Both the position numbers and the translations under genes were made by a program. This document shows, in pieces, positions 17,225 to 26,188 of a stretch of 35,633 nucleotides of DNA (positions within the stretch are counted from its first letter, which is position 1; each line of letters starts with the position of its first letter). The notes beneath the pieces were generated by a model. That model had not been told where the DNA came from and made no database searches. It saw nothing but the letters and a program-made list of their open reading frames with translations. This stretch comes from Candidatus Thorarchaeota archaeon. GTDB lineage: Archaea > Asgardarchaeota > Thorarchaeia > Thorarchaeales > Thorarchaeaceae. The stretch is from positions 1-35,633 of the forward strand of contig JAEOUG010000173.1 in NCBI GenBank assembly GCA_016839445.1, in the 5' to 3' direction.

Positions 17225-17977
17225 ATGGCAAGAAGAGGTCAGAAGAAGCATCAGAAGCGTCTCCCGGCGCCACGTGATTGGCCAATACAGAGGAAAGCAG
17301 GGAAGTTCACTACTCGTGTCATCCCAGGTCCTCACCCAAGAGACAGCTCGTTGACTCTTGCGGTTGTGCTGAGAGAAGTCCTGGGGTATGCCGAGAACAT
17401 GCGTGAAGTGAAGGCAATCCTCTCCAGTGGGCAGGTTCGCGTAGACGGTGTCGTGAGAAAGGATGAGCGATTCCCGATTGGTCTCATGGACGTCATAGAG
17501 CTGACAACCTCAGGTGAGCGTTTCAGGCTCATTCCAAAGGTCCGCGGCGGTTTCCACTTCGTGCCAATCGATGACTCGGAAGCAAGCTTCAAGCTCTGCC
17601 GCATTGAGGTGAAGAACATGATCAAGGGCGGCAAAGTGCAACTGGGCCTTCATGATGGTCGGACTCTGCTTCTCCCCGAAGGGGAGAAGGCCTCTGACTA
17701 CGAGACTCTGAGCACTCTGAAAGTCACACTCCCTGAACAGAAGCTTGTCAAGACCTTCCCGCTTGAGAAGGGAGCCTATGCCATTGTTTCACAGGGCAAG
17801 AACGTAGGGATTGAGGGGAAAATCCTCGGTATTGACAGGCGGATAGGAACCCACGCAAGCACAGTGACGATCGAAGACCCAGAGGGCACGAGATTCCAGA
17901 CTGCGCTTGAGTACATCTTTGTGGTTGGAAAGAGCAAGCCCGAAGTCAGCCTTGCACCCGCAGGAGGTAGTCATTGA
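17225..17977 (+). CDS. rps4e: 30S ribosomal protein eS4
   Basis: KHQKRLPAP, PGPH, VDGVVRKD..FPIGLMDVI, LHDGR. Confidence 0.97.
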   Translation: MARRGQKKHQKRLPAPRDWPIQRKAGKFTTRVIPGPHPRDSSLTLAVVLREVLGYAENMREVKAILSSGQVRVDGVVRKDERFPIGLMDVIELTTSGERFRLIPKVRGGFHFVPIDDSEASFKLCRIEVKNMIKGGKVQLGLHDGRTLLLPEGEKASDYETLSTLKVTLPEQKLVKTFPLEKGAYAIVSQGKNVGIEGKILGIDRRIGTHASTVTIEDPEGTRFQTALEYIFVVGKSKPEVSLAPAGGSH

Positions 17978-18558
17978 TGAGCAGTCCCGTTGAGAATGAG
18001 CAGGTCTACTTGACCAACTGGGAAGCCTATCCTATGCGCAAGCCATACATTTCCAAGGTAGTGGTGGACATCTGCACTGGAGGCGGAGAGGCTCTGAGCC
18101 GGGCATCGACAATCCTGGAGAGCCTAACAGGGCAGTCACCTGCGCAGTCCAAGGCCAGACAGACGGTCCGTGACTTCGGAATCAGACGGAAGGAGCCCAT
18201 CGCAGTACGAGTGACATTGCGCCATGACAAGGCGGAGGACTTCCTGAGGAGGGCCCTAAAGGCCAAGGAGGATGTCCTTCTCATCAAGAACTGGGATGAT
18301 GACGGCAACTTCGCATTTGGCATATCTGAACACATCGACATTCCTGATGTGAAGTATGACCCACAACTCGGAATTCAGGGAATGAACATCACGGTCTGTA
18401 TAGAGCGTCCAGGGTACCGAGTTAAGAGAAGAAGGACTGGCAAGGCCAAAGTCCCATACAGGCACAGAATGACACCTGATGAGAGCATGGTCTTTGTGAA
18501 GAACAAATTCAATGTTGAGATCCTCGAGAAGGAGCGTGAACGGACATACCTGTTCTGA
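17977..18558 (+). CDS. rpl5: 50S ribosomal protein uL5
   Basis: [44 protein letters not shown]. Confidence 0.97.
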   Translation: MSSPVENEQVYLTNWEAYPMRKPYISKVVVDICTGGGEALSRASTILESLTGQSPAQSKARQTVRDFGIRRKEPIAVRVTLRHDKAEDFLRRALKAKEDVLLIKNWDDDGNFAFGISEHIDIPDVKYDPQLGIQGMNITVCIERPGYRVKRRRTGKAKVPYRHRMTPDESMVFVKNKFNVEILEKERERTYLF

Positions 18559-18568
18559 GGTGAGAATC

Positions 18569-18739
18569 ATGAGCGCCAAGAAAGAACGTACACGACAACG
18601 AAAGAAGAAGGGCAAGGGAAGCAGAACATGTGTCCGATGCGGCACACACCAGGCCATCATCCGCAAGTATGGTCTGAACATGTGCAGACGCTGTTTCAGA
18701 GAAACAGCGGAGACTCTGGGATTCCGCAAGTATAGCTAG
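18569..18739 (+). CDS. rps14: 30S ribosomal protein uS14 (Zn-binding)
   Basis: [11 protein letters not shown]...[15 protein letters not shown]; ATG 18569 after GAGGTGA. Confidence 0.96.
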   Translation: MSAKKERTRQRKKKGKGSRTCVRCGTHQAIIRKYGLNMCRRCFRETAETLGFRKYS

Positions 18740-18755
18740 GGAGGTTCAGAATAGA

Positions 18756-19148
18756 ATGACGCTACTAGATCCATTGGCCGACGCAATGTCTACCATCTAC
18801 AATAGTGAGATTGTAGGCAAGCCCGAAGTGGTCATTGCCCCAGCATCCAAGCTATTGGAGAAGGTACTACAAGTGATGCAGTCAAAGGGGTACATAGGAG
18901 AGTTCGAGCGGATTGACGACGGAAAATCTGGACGGTTCCGCATCCAGCTGATGGGTAGAACCAACAAATGCGGTGTTATCAAGCCCCGCTATCCTGTTCG
19001 TAGAGACGGCTTCGAAACCTTCGAGAAGCGATTCCTACCAGCATACAACTATGGAATCCTGATTGTAACCACACCCCAGGGTGTCATGACGCACCAAGAT
19101 GCGAAGACTCGCGGAATTGGCGGAAGGCTGCTCGCCTTTGTGTATTGA
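18756..19148 (+). CDS. rps8: 30S ribosomal protein uS8
   Basis: [40 protein letters not shown]. Confidence 0.97.
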   Translation: MTLLDPLADAMSTIYNSEIVGKPEVVIAPASKLLEKVLQVMQSKGYIGEFERIDDGKSGRFRIQLMGRTNKCGVIKPRYPVRRDGFETFEKRFLPAYNYGILIVTTPQGVMTHQDAKTRGIGGRLLAFVY

Positions 19149-19163
19149 TAGGAGTGCTGACAG

Positions 19164-19727
19164 ATGACAGAGAGACCAGTATACGAAAAGGAAATCGAGA
19201 TACCCAGTGAGTGTCAGGTTTCTGTTGAAGGTGACAAGGTCACAGTCAGCGGCCCAAAGGGCACCCTTGAGAGGTCATTCCCTGAGCCACAGACAGAGAT
19301 CAAAGTTGAAGGGGAGCTGTTCAAGGCCAGCACTCACATCAACAGGAAGAAGTCTCGTGCGCTCGTGGGTACTGCAGTCGCGCATGTGCGGAACATGATG
19401 GTTGGGGTGCAGTACGGATACGAGTACGAGATGAAGATTGTGTACTCTCACTTCCCCATAACTGTCGATATTCAGGGAAAGACCTTGATCATCAAGAACT
19501 TCATTGGTGAGAGAGGCGTAAGGAAGGCCAAGCTCATTGGTGACATTGACATCAGAACTACTGAAGATGAGATATTCATCAGTGGCATCGACATTGAACA
19601 TGTGTCACAGAGCGCGGCAAACATCCAGCAAGCCTGCAAGATTCGCGACAAGGACCGAAGAGTCTTCCTTGACGGAATCTACGTGATTAGGACGAAGAAA
19701 GGTGAGACCGTGAAGTCGGTCGTATAG
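19164..19727 (+). CDS. rpl6: 50S ribosomal protein uL6
   Basis: GPKGTL, YSHFPI, KNFIGE, DRRVFLDGIY. Confidence 0.97.
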   Translation: MTERPVYEKEIEIPSECQVSVEGDKVTVSGPKGTLERSFPEPQTEIKVEGELFKASTHINRKKSRALVGTAVAHVRNMMVGVQYGYEYEMKIVYSHFPITVDIQGKTLIIKNFIGERGVRKAKLIGDIDIRTTEDEIFISGIDIEHVSQSAANIQQACKIRDKDRRVFLDGIYVIRTKKGETVKSVV

Positions 19728-19735
19728 GAGGCCAC

Positions 19736-20620
19736 ATGATGTCGAAGAAACCGAAACTAGCAGACATATCCGGCATTGGAGAGGCAATGGAAGAGAAGCT
19801 CAGAGAAGCTGGGGTCAAGACTGTAGCCAGCCTCGCGAAGGCAGATCCTAAGAAGCTCTCCGAGAAGGTGGAGGGCCTTGGCGTGAAGGGCGCAACCGAC
19901 TTCGTAACGCAAGCTCAGAAGCTTGTCGGCACTCCTGAAAAGGCCGAGCAGAAGCCCAAGAAGGCGAAAGCAGAGCCGAAGGCTGAAGAGAAGAAGCCAA
20001 AGAAGGGAGACAAGAAACCCATCAAGGCAGAAGAGAAGAAGCCGAAGAAGGGAGAAGCGAAGCCCAAGAAGAAAGCTGAGCCAGAGAAACCGAAGGCCAA
20101 GAAGACAACCACGGCCAAGGCAAAGGCTGAGAAGCCGAAAGCCAAGGCGAAGAAAGCGAAGAAGCCAGAGGTTCCAGCCAGGGTGAAGGCCACTGACATG
20201 AGGCTTCTGAGGATATCTCAGCAGAAGAAGAAGAGAATGCCGAGATTTCGCCATGAACAGGCCCATCGCTGGAAGCGCATAAGCAACTCATGGCGAAAGG
20301 TCAGAGGCATTGACAGCGCGACACGCGAGAAGAGGAAGGGCCGGATTGCCATGGTGTCCCCAGGCTATAGGACTCCCCGAGCAGTACGTGACCTCCATCC
20401 ATCTCTCTACAGAGAAGTTCATGTCTACCGACCTGCGGACCTTGAGGGGCTTGACCCGGAGATGCACGCAGTGAGGATTGGCGGGACTGTCGGTGGCAGG
20501 AAGCGCCAAGAGATTCTGGCAGCTGCTGATGAGAAGAGAATCGTAGTTCTCAACCCAAGTGTTCCTGAAGAGATAGCAGAAGAGGATCTCTTCACTGACC
20601 TAGACTTGGAGGTGGACTAA
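19736..20620 (+). CDS. rpl32e: 50S ribosomal protein eL32 with N-terminal HhH domain and Lys/Ala/Pro-rich linker
   Basis: LADISGIGEAMEEKLREAG (HhH); C-terminal PRFRH...WRKVRGIDS...GYRTP...LHPS...VLNP. Confidence 0.94.
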   Translation: MMSKKPKLADISGIGEAMEEKLREAGVKTVASLAKADPKKLSEKVEGLGVKGATDFVTQAQKLVGTPEKAEQKPKKAKAEPKAEEKKPKKGDKKPIKAEEKKPKKGEAKPKKKAEPEKPKAKKTTTAKAKAEKPKAKAKKAKKPEVPARVKATDMRLLRISQQKKKRMPRFRHEQAHRWKRISNSWRKVRGIDSATREKRKGRIAMVSPGYRTPRAVRDLHPSLYREVHVYRPADLEGLDPEMHAVRIGGTVGGRKRQEILAAADEKRIVVLNPSVPEEIAEEDLFTDLDLEVD

Positions 20621-20622
20621 GA

Positions 20623-21075
20623 GTGAAGCTAACCACACAGAAGAGGCTGGCTGCAGATGTCATGAAGGTCGGGATGTCCCGCGTCTGGATTGACCCACAC
20701 TTCGAAGACGAAGTGAGTCTGGCAATCACCAGAGATGACATCAGAAGACTCGTCGATGAAGGTGCCATCCAGAAGAAGCGGGTCCAGGGTGTGAGCCGGG
20801 GACGCGCAAGACACAACCTCCGCCAGAAGAGGAAGGGTCAGAGAGCAGGACCTGGAAAGAAGAAAGGAAAAGCGACCTCCACACTGGGCAGCAAGGAGCG
20901 CTGGATGATGAAGATCAGGCCTATGCGTAAGGAACTGGCTAAGCTCAGGAATGAGGGACGGATTACTCCAAGAGTGTACAGGGAGCTCTACCTCAAGGCG
21001 AAAGGCAATGCCTTCAGGAATACAGCCCACCTCAAGACCTACATAAGTGAGCGCAAGCTGGAGGTGTCCAAGTAA
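20623..21075 (+). CDS. rpl19e: 50S ribosomal protein eL19
   Basis: QKRLAADVMKVGMSRVWIDP, ITRDDIR, GVSRGR, YRELYLKAKG. Confidence 0.97.
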   Translation: MKLTTQKRLAADVMKVGMSRVWIDPHFEDEVSLAITRDDIRRLVDEGAIQKKRVQGVSRGRARHNLRQKRKGQRAGPGKKKGKATSTLGSKERWMMKIRPMRKELAKLRNEGRITPRVYRELYLKAKGNAFRNTAHLKTYISERKLEVSK

Positions 21076-21824
21076 TGGCACAGGGACCCACATACAGAGT
21101 CAAGTTCCGGCGCAGAAGAGAAGGTAAGACCAACTACTACAGGCGAAGAAGGCTGCTTCAGTCGAGGCAGATCAGACTCGCGGTAAGGAAGACAAACAAG
21201 AACATGATTGTTCAGTTCGTTGACGCGCGTGTCGTTGGAGACGCCACAGAGGCCTCAGCGATCTCGACAGAACTGGCCAAGCATGGATGGACTGCAGGGA
21301 CGGGAAACCTTCCGGCTGCTTACTTGACAGGCCTTCTAGCAGGCCTTCGTGCAAAAGCTAGAGGCATTGATGAAGCCATCCTTGATATTGGGCTCAACAC
21401 GCCAGTTAAGGGTTCAAGGGTCTACGCGGCACTGAAGGGTGTACTCGATGCTGGAGTAGTTGTTCCGCATAAGGAAGATGTACTCCCAGATGAATCAAGA
21501 ATCAATGGAGAGCACATTGTTGCTGCCTTCGAGCACTTCAGCGGCGAGAAGGACACAGCCATGTTCAGCAATATTGGAAAGAAGAAGACCACAGTAACCG
21601 GAGTTCCCAAACAGGTGAAGACCGTTAAGAGTGCCCTTCTAGGAATTCCTGCAGCTGAACTCAAGGCTAAGAAGAAGACCAAGAAGAAGCCAAAGCCCGC
21701 GGCGAAGCCGACGAAGGCCAAGAAGGAGAAGCCGGCAGAAAAACCGCCTCGTGCGAAGCCGAGAAAGCCGAAGCCGAAGAAACTTGTTTCGCGAGGAAGA
21801 GGCAAGAAAGGGAAGAAAAAGTAG
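21075..21824 (+). CDS. rpl18: 50S ribosomal protein uL18 with Lys/Pro-rich C-terminal tail
   Basis: YRVKFRRRREGKTNY, NLPAAYLTG, LDIGL, ALKGVLDAG. Confidence 0.96.
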   Translation: MAQGPTYRVKFRRRREGKTNYYRRRRLLQSRQIRLAVRKTNKNMIVQFVDARVVGDATEASAISTELAKHGWTAGTGNLPAAYLTGLLAGLRAKARGIDEAILDIGLNTPVKGSRVYAALKGVLDAGVVVPHKEDVLPDESRINGEHIVAAFEHFSGEKDTAMFSNIGKKKTTVTGVPKQVKTVKSALLGIPAAELKAKKKTKKKPKPAAKPTKAKKEKPAEKPPRAKPRKPKPKKLVSRGRGKKGKKK

Positions 21825-21837
21825 GGGATGATGAATC

Positions 21838-22512
21838 GTGAGTAAACAGAGAAGAAGGCGACAACCTCGACCGGAACATAATCCCTTGGATGATTGGGTA
21901 CCCAAGACCAAGCTTGGCAGGTTGGTCAAAGAGGGCCACATCAACAGCATTGAGGAGATATTCGCTAACAACTACCGGATAAGAGAACCAGAGATTGTTG
22001 ACGCGCTATTCCCAGACCTCAGGCAAGAGGTAGTCGATGTGTCAATGGTCCAGCGACAGTCGGACAGCGGACAGCAGAAGAGCTTCCGTCTGACCGTCGT
22101 CGTAGGAAACGGCGAAGGCGTTCTTGGGATTGGTGTGGGCAAGGCACCTGAATTCGTTCCTGCTATTCGGGCGGCTGAGGCGAGAGCGAAGTTGAACATC
22201 ACAGTATTCCGGCGTGGATGCGGTTCTTGGGAATGCCGATGTGATGATCAGCATAGCATTCCCTTCCAAGTAAACGGATCCGCTGGATCTGTCAAAGTGA
22301 CCCTGAAGCCAGCTCCGAAGGGCACTGGTCTTGTGACAGCAGATGTTGGCAAGATTGTCCTCAGAATCGCTGGTCTGAATGATGTGTGGTCCATCACTAA
22401 GGGCCGCTCTAGGGTGTCTTCAAACTTCGCAAAGGCCTTTGTCGACGCTCTCTCCCAGACATACAGAATGCTACCACCACAGGAGTGGATCACATCAGGA
22501 GTGACTGAGTGA
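21838..22512 (+). CDS. rps5: 30S ribosomal protein uS5
   Basis: [34 protein letters not shown]. Confidence 0.97.
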   Translation: MSKQRRRRQPRPEHNPLDDWVPKTKLGRLVKEGHINSIEEIFANNYRIREPEIVDALFPDLRQEVVDVSMVQRQSDSGQQKSFRLTVVVGNGEGVLGIGVGKAPEFVPAIRAAEARAKLNITVFRRGCGSWECRCDDQHSIPFQVNGSAGSVKVTLKPAPKGTGLVTADVGKIVLRIAGLNDVWSITKGRSRVSSNFAKAFVDALSQTYRMLPPQEWITSGVTE

Positions 22513-22994
22513 TGAGCCAAGAAGAGAAGGTTATGCTTGTCATCCGCGTCAGGGGCCGCGTGAAGGTAAGACCCCAGATAGAGGACACACTTGAGAAGCT
22601 GCGTCTTGGCAGACTTCACCAGGCCAGGATTCTGAAGGTGACTCCAAGTCTCAACGGCATGATCGACAAGGTGAAGGACTATGTCACCTGGGGTGAGGTG
22701 TCACCGGAAGTCGTGGAAACGATTCTCGCCAAGAGAGGACGTATTCCTGGTAATCATAGACTGACGGACGCACACGTGAAGAAGAACTCCAAGGCAAGTA
22801 GCATCAAGACTCTTGCGAAAGCCATTGCATCAGGTGATGCCAGTGTCACTGATGTGGATGGCCTGAAACCTGTGTTCAGACTCAGCCCACCAAGCGGCGG
22901 TTACAGAGGAAAGAAGACTCTACCCGTAGGGATGGGGGGAATAACAGGCTACAGAGGAGAAGATATCAACACTCTGGCAATGAAGATGATATGA
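22512..22994 (+). CDS. rpl30: 50S ribosomal protein uL30 (archaeal long form)
   Basis: VIRVRG, KVKDYVTWGE, KPVFRLSPPSGG, GYRGEDIN. Confidence 0.96.
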   Translation: MSQEEKVMLVIRVRGRVKVRPQIEDTLEKLRLGRLHQARILKVTPSLNGMIDKVKDYVTWGEVSPEVVETILAKRGRIPGNHRLTDAHVKKNSKASSIKTLAKAIASGDASVTDVDGLKPVFRLSPPSGGYRGKKTLPVGMGGITGYRGEDINTLAMKMI

Positions 22995-23003
22995 GGTGCA
23001 GAG

Positions 23004-23537
23004 ATGACCTGGGATGATGACCGCGACGAGGCAAGGAGAAACATCCGACGCTGGTTCGGTGACTTCCTGCCCGAGGAGATGTTTCGGCAAATCGAAGAGA
23101 TGATGGACCGCATGATGAGAGATATCCAGGACGGCTCACTCATCAACCCAGAGGATTTCGAGGAGATGGCAAGAGACCTCGAAGGCACTAGCCCATTCGT
23201 CTTCGGCTTCTCGATGAACGCAGGTCCTGATGGACGGCCGGTCATCAAACGATTCGGAAACCCTGCTTCTGAACCAAGCGGCGAGAGAGCGTCAAGTCTA
23301 GAGCCTCTCGTTGATGTGGTGGAAGAAGACGGAGAGATCGTGGTGGTGGCAGAGGTCCCTGGTGTGGAGAAGGATGAAATCAGAGTCAAGGTGAAAGGAA
23401 CAACACTGACAATCCACGCCGACAATCCAGCGAGACCCTATCACAAGGAAGTGGAGCTACCAGCAAAGGTTTCCAAAGAAGATGCCAAGTCAGCAATCAG
23501 AAACGGAGTACTAGAGGTGCGCCTGAAGAAGGCTTGA
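23004..23537 (+). CDS. hsp20: Small heat shock protein Hsp20 (alpha-crystallin domain)
   Basis: FVFGFSMNAGPDGRPVIKRFGN, EPLVDV, VAEVPGVEKDEI, NGVLEVRLKK. Confidence 0.95.
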   Translation: MTWDDDRDEARRNIRRWFGDFLPEEMFRQIEEMMDRMMRDIQDGSLINPEDFEEMARDLEGTSPFVFGFSMNAGPDGRPVIKRFGNPASEPSGERASSLEPLVDVVEEDGEIVVVAEVPGVEKDEIRVKVKGTTLTIHADNPARPYHKEVELPAKVSKEDAKSAIRNGVLEVRLKKA

Positions 23538-23549
23538 GGTGACCTGGAC

Positions 23550-23999
23550 ATGCAGAAACGAAAATCAAAGAAAATCAACAAACTCAGAGGCCAGCGCAGC
23601 GCCGGGTATGGATATACAAAGGGGCATCGAGCCTCCGGACAACGTGGCGGAAAGGGTATGGCTGGGACTAAGAAACACCACTACATCAAGGTCATGCAGG
23701 AGAACCCTCGTTACTTCGGGAAGTGGGGCTTCAAGAGACCCCAGAAGGTCATTGAGGATCTTGAGGCAGTGAATGTGGGCACGATTGATGAGGCTGCCGA
23801 CAGACTCGTAGAGAGGGGTATGGCCACCGTCAAAGGGAAGAAATACACAATCGATGTTGCGAAGTTGGGCGTTGACCGCATCCTTGGCTCAGGGAAGGTC
23901 ATTCGGAAGCTCGACTTGGTTGGTGTCAAGGCAATCACACCTAGAGCAAGAGAGAAGATAGTGTCTTCCGGTGGCTCAGTAGACCTTCCTGAAGAGTAG
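23550..23999 (+). CDS. rpl15: 50S ribosomal protein uL15
   Basis: KLRGQRSAGYG...GQRGGKGMAG..KH, YFGKWGF, ILGSG, AREKI...GG. Confidence 0.96.
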   Translation: MQKRKSKKINKLRGQRSAGYGYTKGHRASGQRGGKGMAGTKKHHYIKVMQENPRYFGKWGFKRPQKVIEDLEAVNVGTIDEAADRLVERGMATVKGKKYTIDVAKLGVDRILGSGKVIRKLDLVGVKAITPRAREKIVSSGGSVDLPEE

Positions 24000-24020
24000 C
24001 TGGAACCTCAGACCACTAGC

Positions 24021-24026
24021 TTTAAA
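24021..24026 (+). promoter_or_regulatory. Putative internal TATA box for secY
   Basis: TTTAAA in the uL15-secY gap, followed by AGGAGG SD before the TTG start. Confidence 0.5.
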
Positions 24027-24073
24027 GGCACTGTCCATCAGGGACCGCCGAAGCACCTGCAGGAGGCAATAGA

Positions 24074-25594
24074 TTGCCAAGTACATTCCTCAAAGCTCTA
24101 TCACCATTCGTCAGGATAATGCCTGAAGTGAAGCAGCCCGATAGAGACGTAAGCTTCCGAGAGAAGTTCGTCTGGACGGCTATAGTGCTGATAGCCTTCC
24201 TCATCATGTCCCACATGCCACTCTTTGGCGTGGACAAGGATGTTGGAACCGACTATCTTTGGGCGATGCGAGTCATCCTCGCCAGCACTCGCGGAACTCT
24301 CATGGAGCTGGGAATTGGTCCAATAGTCACTGCAGGTCTGGTCATGCAGCTCCTACAGGGTTCGAAGATCATCAATGTTGATTTCAGCGACCCTGATGAT
24401 CGAGCACTCTTCACCGGAGGACAGAAAGTCCTGGCCATGTTCATGACGGCGTTCCAAGCCATAGCCTACATCATGGGCAATGCCTACGGACCACTCGGCC
24501 CCGAGGCAGCTCTGATTGTCTTCGCACAGCTGTTCATCTCAGGAATCGTGATCATTCTCATGGATGAACTTGTGCAGAAGGGATGGGGTCTCGGTTCAGG
24601 AGTATCGCTGTTCATCATGACCAATGTAGCAGGGCAAGTCATCTTCAACTCCCTGAACTTCATCGAGCTGGAGCAGGGCTCTCCCATTGGTTACATGGGT
24701 GGCACTCTGGCAGACCCGGTACCTACGAACCTTCCAAAGGGCATCCTTGCAGCCATAATTGCCAATCTTCTGCGCGCAGTCGGCATTGGTACAGCTCAGG
24801 GCGACCCTGTTGACGCTCTCTGGCTTATCGTAAGGAATGGATTCGACCCGAGCATACTCTCGCTGATCATCACCTTCGTAATCTTCGGAGCAGTCATCTG
24901 GATGGAGTCAGTGCGTGTGGAGATACCTCTCCAGTATGCGAAGTATAGAGGTATGAAGGCGCGCTACCCGATCAAGTTGCTCTATACGTCAAACATTCCA
25001 GTGATTCTCGCGCAAGCACTCTATGCCAACATCCTCTTCTTCGGGCAGATAATATGGGGCAGCTTCAATTCGGACGGCAACAATCCGTTTCTTAGCTGGA
25101 TTGGCATCTTTGTAAGGGACCCAGACTCAGGAAGGATGGAAGCTGTAAGCGGCCTGGCGAGATACATCACTCCACCACAGGGTATATTCTCCCTGTTGCA
25201 GGAGGGTGATGGCTGGTTGCATGTCATAATCTATGCGAGTCTCATGATCCTGCTCTGCTGGGGATTCTCGCGTATTTGGGTTGACATTTCTGGAATTGCT
25301 CCTCGAGATGTTTCTCGGCAACTCCTCAACTCGGGCTATATCGTCCCTGGTTTCAGGAGAAGTGAGAAGGTTCTCGAGCGTCTCCTTGAACGCTACATAC
25401 CTGTGGTGGCGGGACTTGGTGGATTCCTAATAGGAATACTCGCGGCCGCAGCAGATGTCATGGGTGCCCTAGCAAGTGGAACGGGTATACTCCTAATGGT
25501 CAGCATCATCAAGCAGTACTACGAGCAACTGGCCAAGGAGCAACTTGCAGGGATAGGTGGCGAAGGAGTCGCCGGACTACTGGGAATCCTATAG
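24074..25594 (+). CDS. secY: Preprotein translocase subunit SecY (Sec61-alpha homolog)
   Basis: GTLMELGIGPIVTAG, KGWGLGSGVSLFI, YPIKLLYTSNIPVI, PGFRRS, SGTGILL. Confidence 0.98.
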   Translation: MPSTFLKALSPFVRIMPEVKQPDRDVSFREKFVWTAIVLIAFLIMSHMPLFGVDKDVGTDYLWAMRVILASTRGTLMELGIGPIVTAGLVMQLLQGSKIINVDFSDPDDRALFTGGQKVLAMFMTAFQAIAYIMGNAYGPLGPEAALIVFAQLFISGIVIILMDELVQKGWGLGSGVSLFIMTNVAGQVIFNSLNFIELEQGSPIGYMGGTLADPVPTNLPKGILAAIIANLLRAVGIGTAQGDPVDALWLIVRNGFDPSILSLIITFVIFGAVIWMESVRVEIPLQYAKYRGMKARYPIKLLYTSNIPVILAQALYANILFFGQIIWGSFNSDGNNPFLSWIGIFVRDPDSGRMEAVSGLARYITPPQGIFSLLQEGDGWLHVIIYASLMILLCWGFSRIWVDISGIAPRDVSRQLLNSGYIVPGFRRSEKVLERLLERYIPVVAGLGGFLIGILAAAADVMGALASGTGILLMVSIIKQYYEQLAKEQLAGIGGEGVAGLLGIL

Positions 25595-25601
25595 TGGATA
25601 T

Positions 25602-25617
25602 GGGGGCTCCAGCCCCC
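25602..25617 (+). terminator. GC-rich hairpin just after the secY stop
   Basis: GGGGGC-TCCA-GCCCCC; no U-tract, so a terminator role is uncertain. Confidence 0.3.
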
Positions 25618-25636
25618 TCCCACTCAGGTGGCGTAG

Positions 25637-26104
25637 ATGATAAGAAAGGACAAGGTATTCGCATACATAACACAGGGCACAAGACTTCTTGTCTTCCTAG
25701 AGCGCGGATTCGAGGGATTCGGACTTCAGATTCCTGCAGGTTCACCCCATAAGGAGGAGGCCCTTGAGAAGGCAGTGCTAAGAGAGAGTCGAGAAGAGAC
25801 AGGGCTCAATGGACTGAGGTTGGTCGCGTACCTCGGCTCAGTGAGCGCAGACCAGACGAAGTACGGCATCAACGAGATTCATGACAGACATTTCTATCAT
25901 CTCGTCTATGAAGGAGTAGCTCGGGACACCTGGGAACACGTTGAGGCGGATCCCAGCATTGTGACCGAATGCACTCCCGAGGTCATAGTCTTCGAATTGC
26001 GCTGGATAGACCTGAGCCTCGAGATACCCACTCTTGCAGAGGGACATGACGCATACCTTGGAGTCCTTCTGGAGATGCTTGATACGAACCAGAAGATTCT
26101 CTGA
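25637..26104 (+). CDS. NUDIX hydrolase
   Basis: Nudix box QIPAGSPHKEEALEKAVLRESREETGL. Confidence 0.92.
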   Translation: MIRKDKVFAYITQGTRLLVFLERGFEGFGLQIPAGSPHKEEALEKAVLRESREETGLNGLRLVAYLGSVSADQTKYGINEIHDRHFYHLVYEGVARDTWEHVEADPSIVTECTPEVIVFELRWIDLSLEIPTLAEGHDAYLGVLLEMLDTNQKIL

Positions 26105-26188
26105 CGGAGTTGGCAAGCCTTATCAACTCCCACGGTTCTCTCTGCATCGGCGTGGACGATGAGATAACCACCGGGCCGGCGATTATCA

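Noticed and set aside
19930-20170. Short direct repeats as a CRISPR array or tandem repeat element
   Set aside because: They are in-frame Lys/Glu/Pro codon repeats within eL32, with no constant repeat-spacer period and no cas genes.
14915-22619. Many hydrophobic or Ser/Phe-rich minus-strand ORFs
   Set aside because: Antisense shadows of Lys/Glu-rich ribosomal protein genes.
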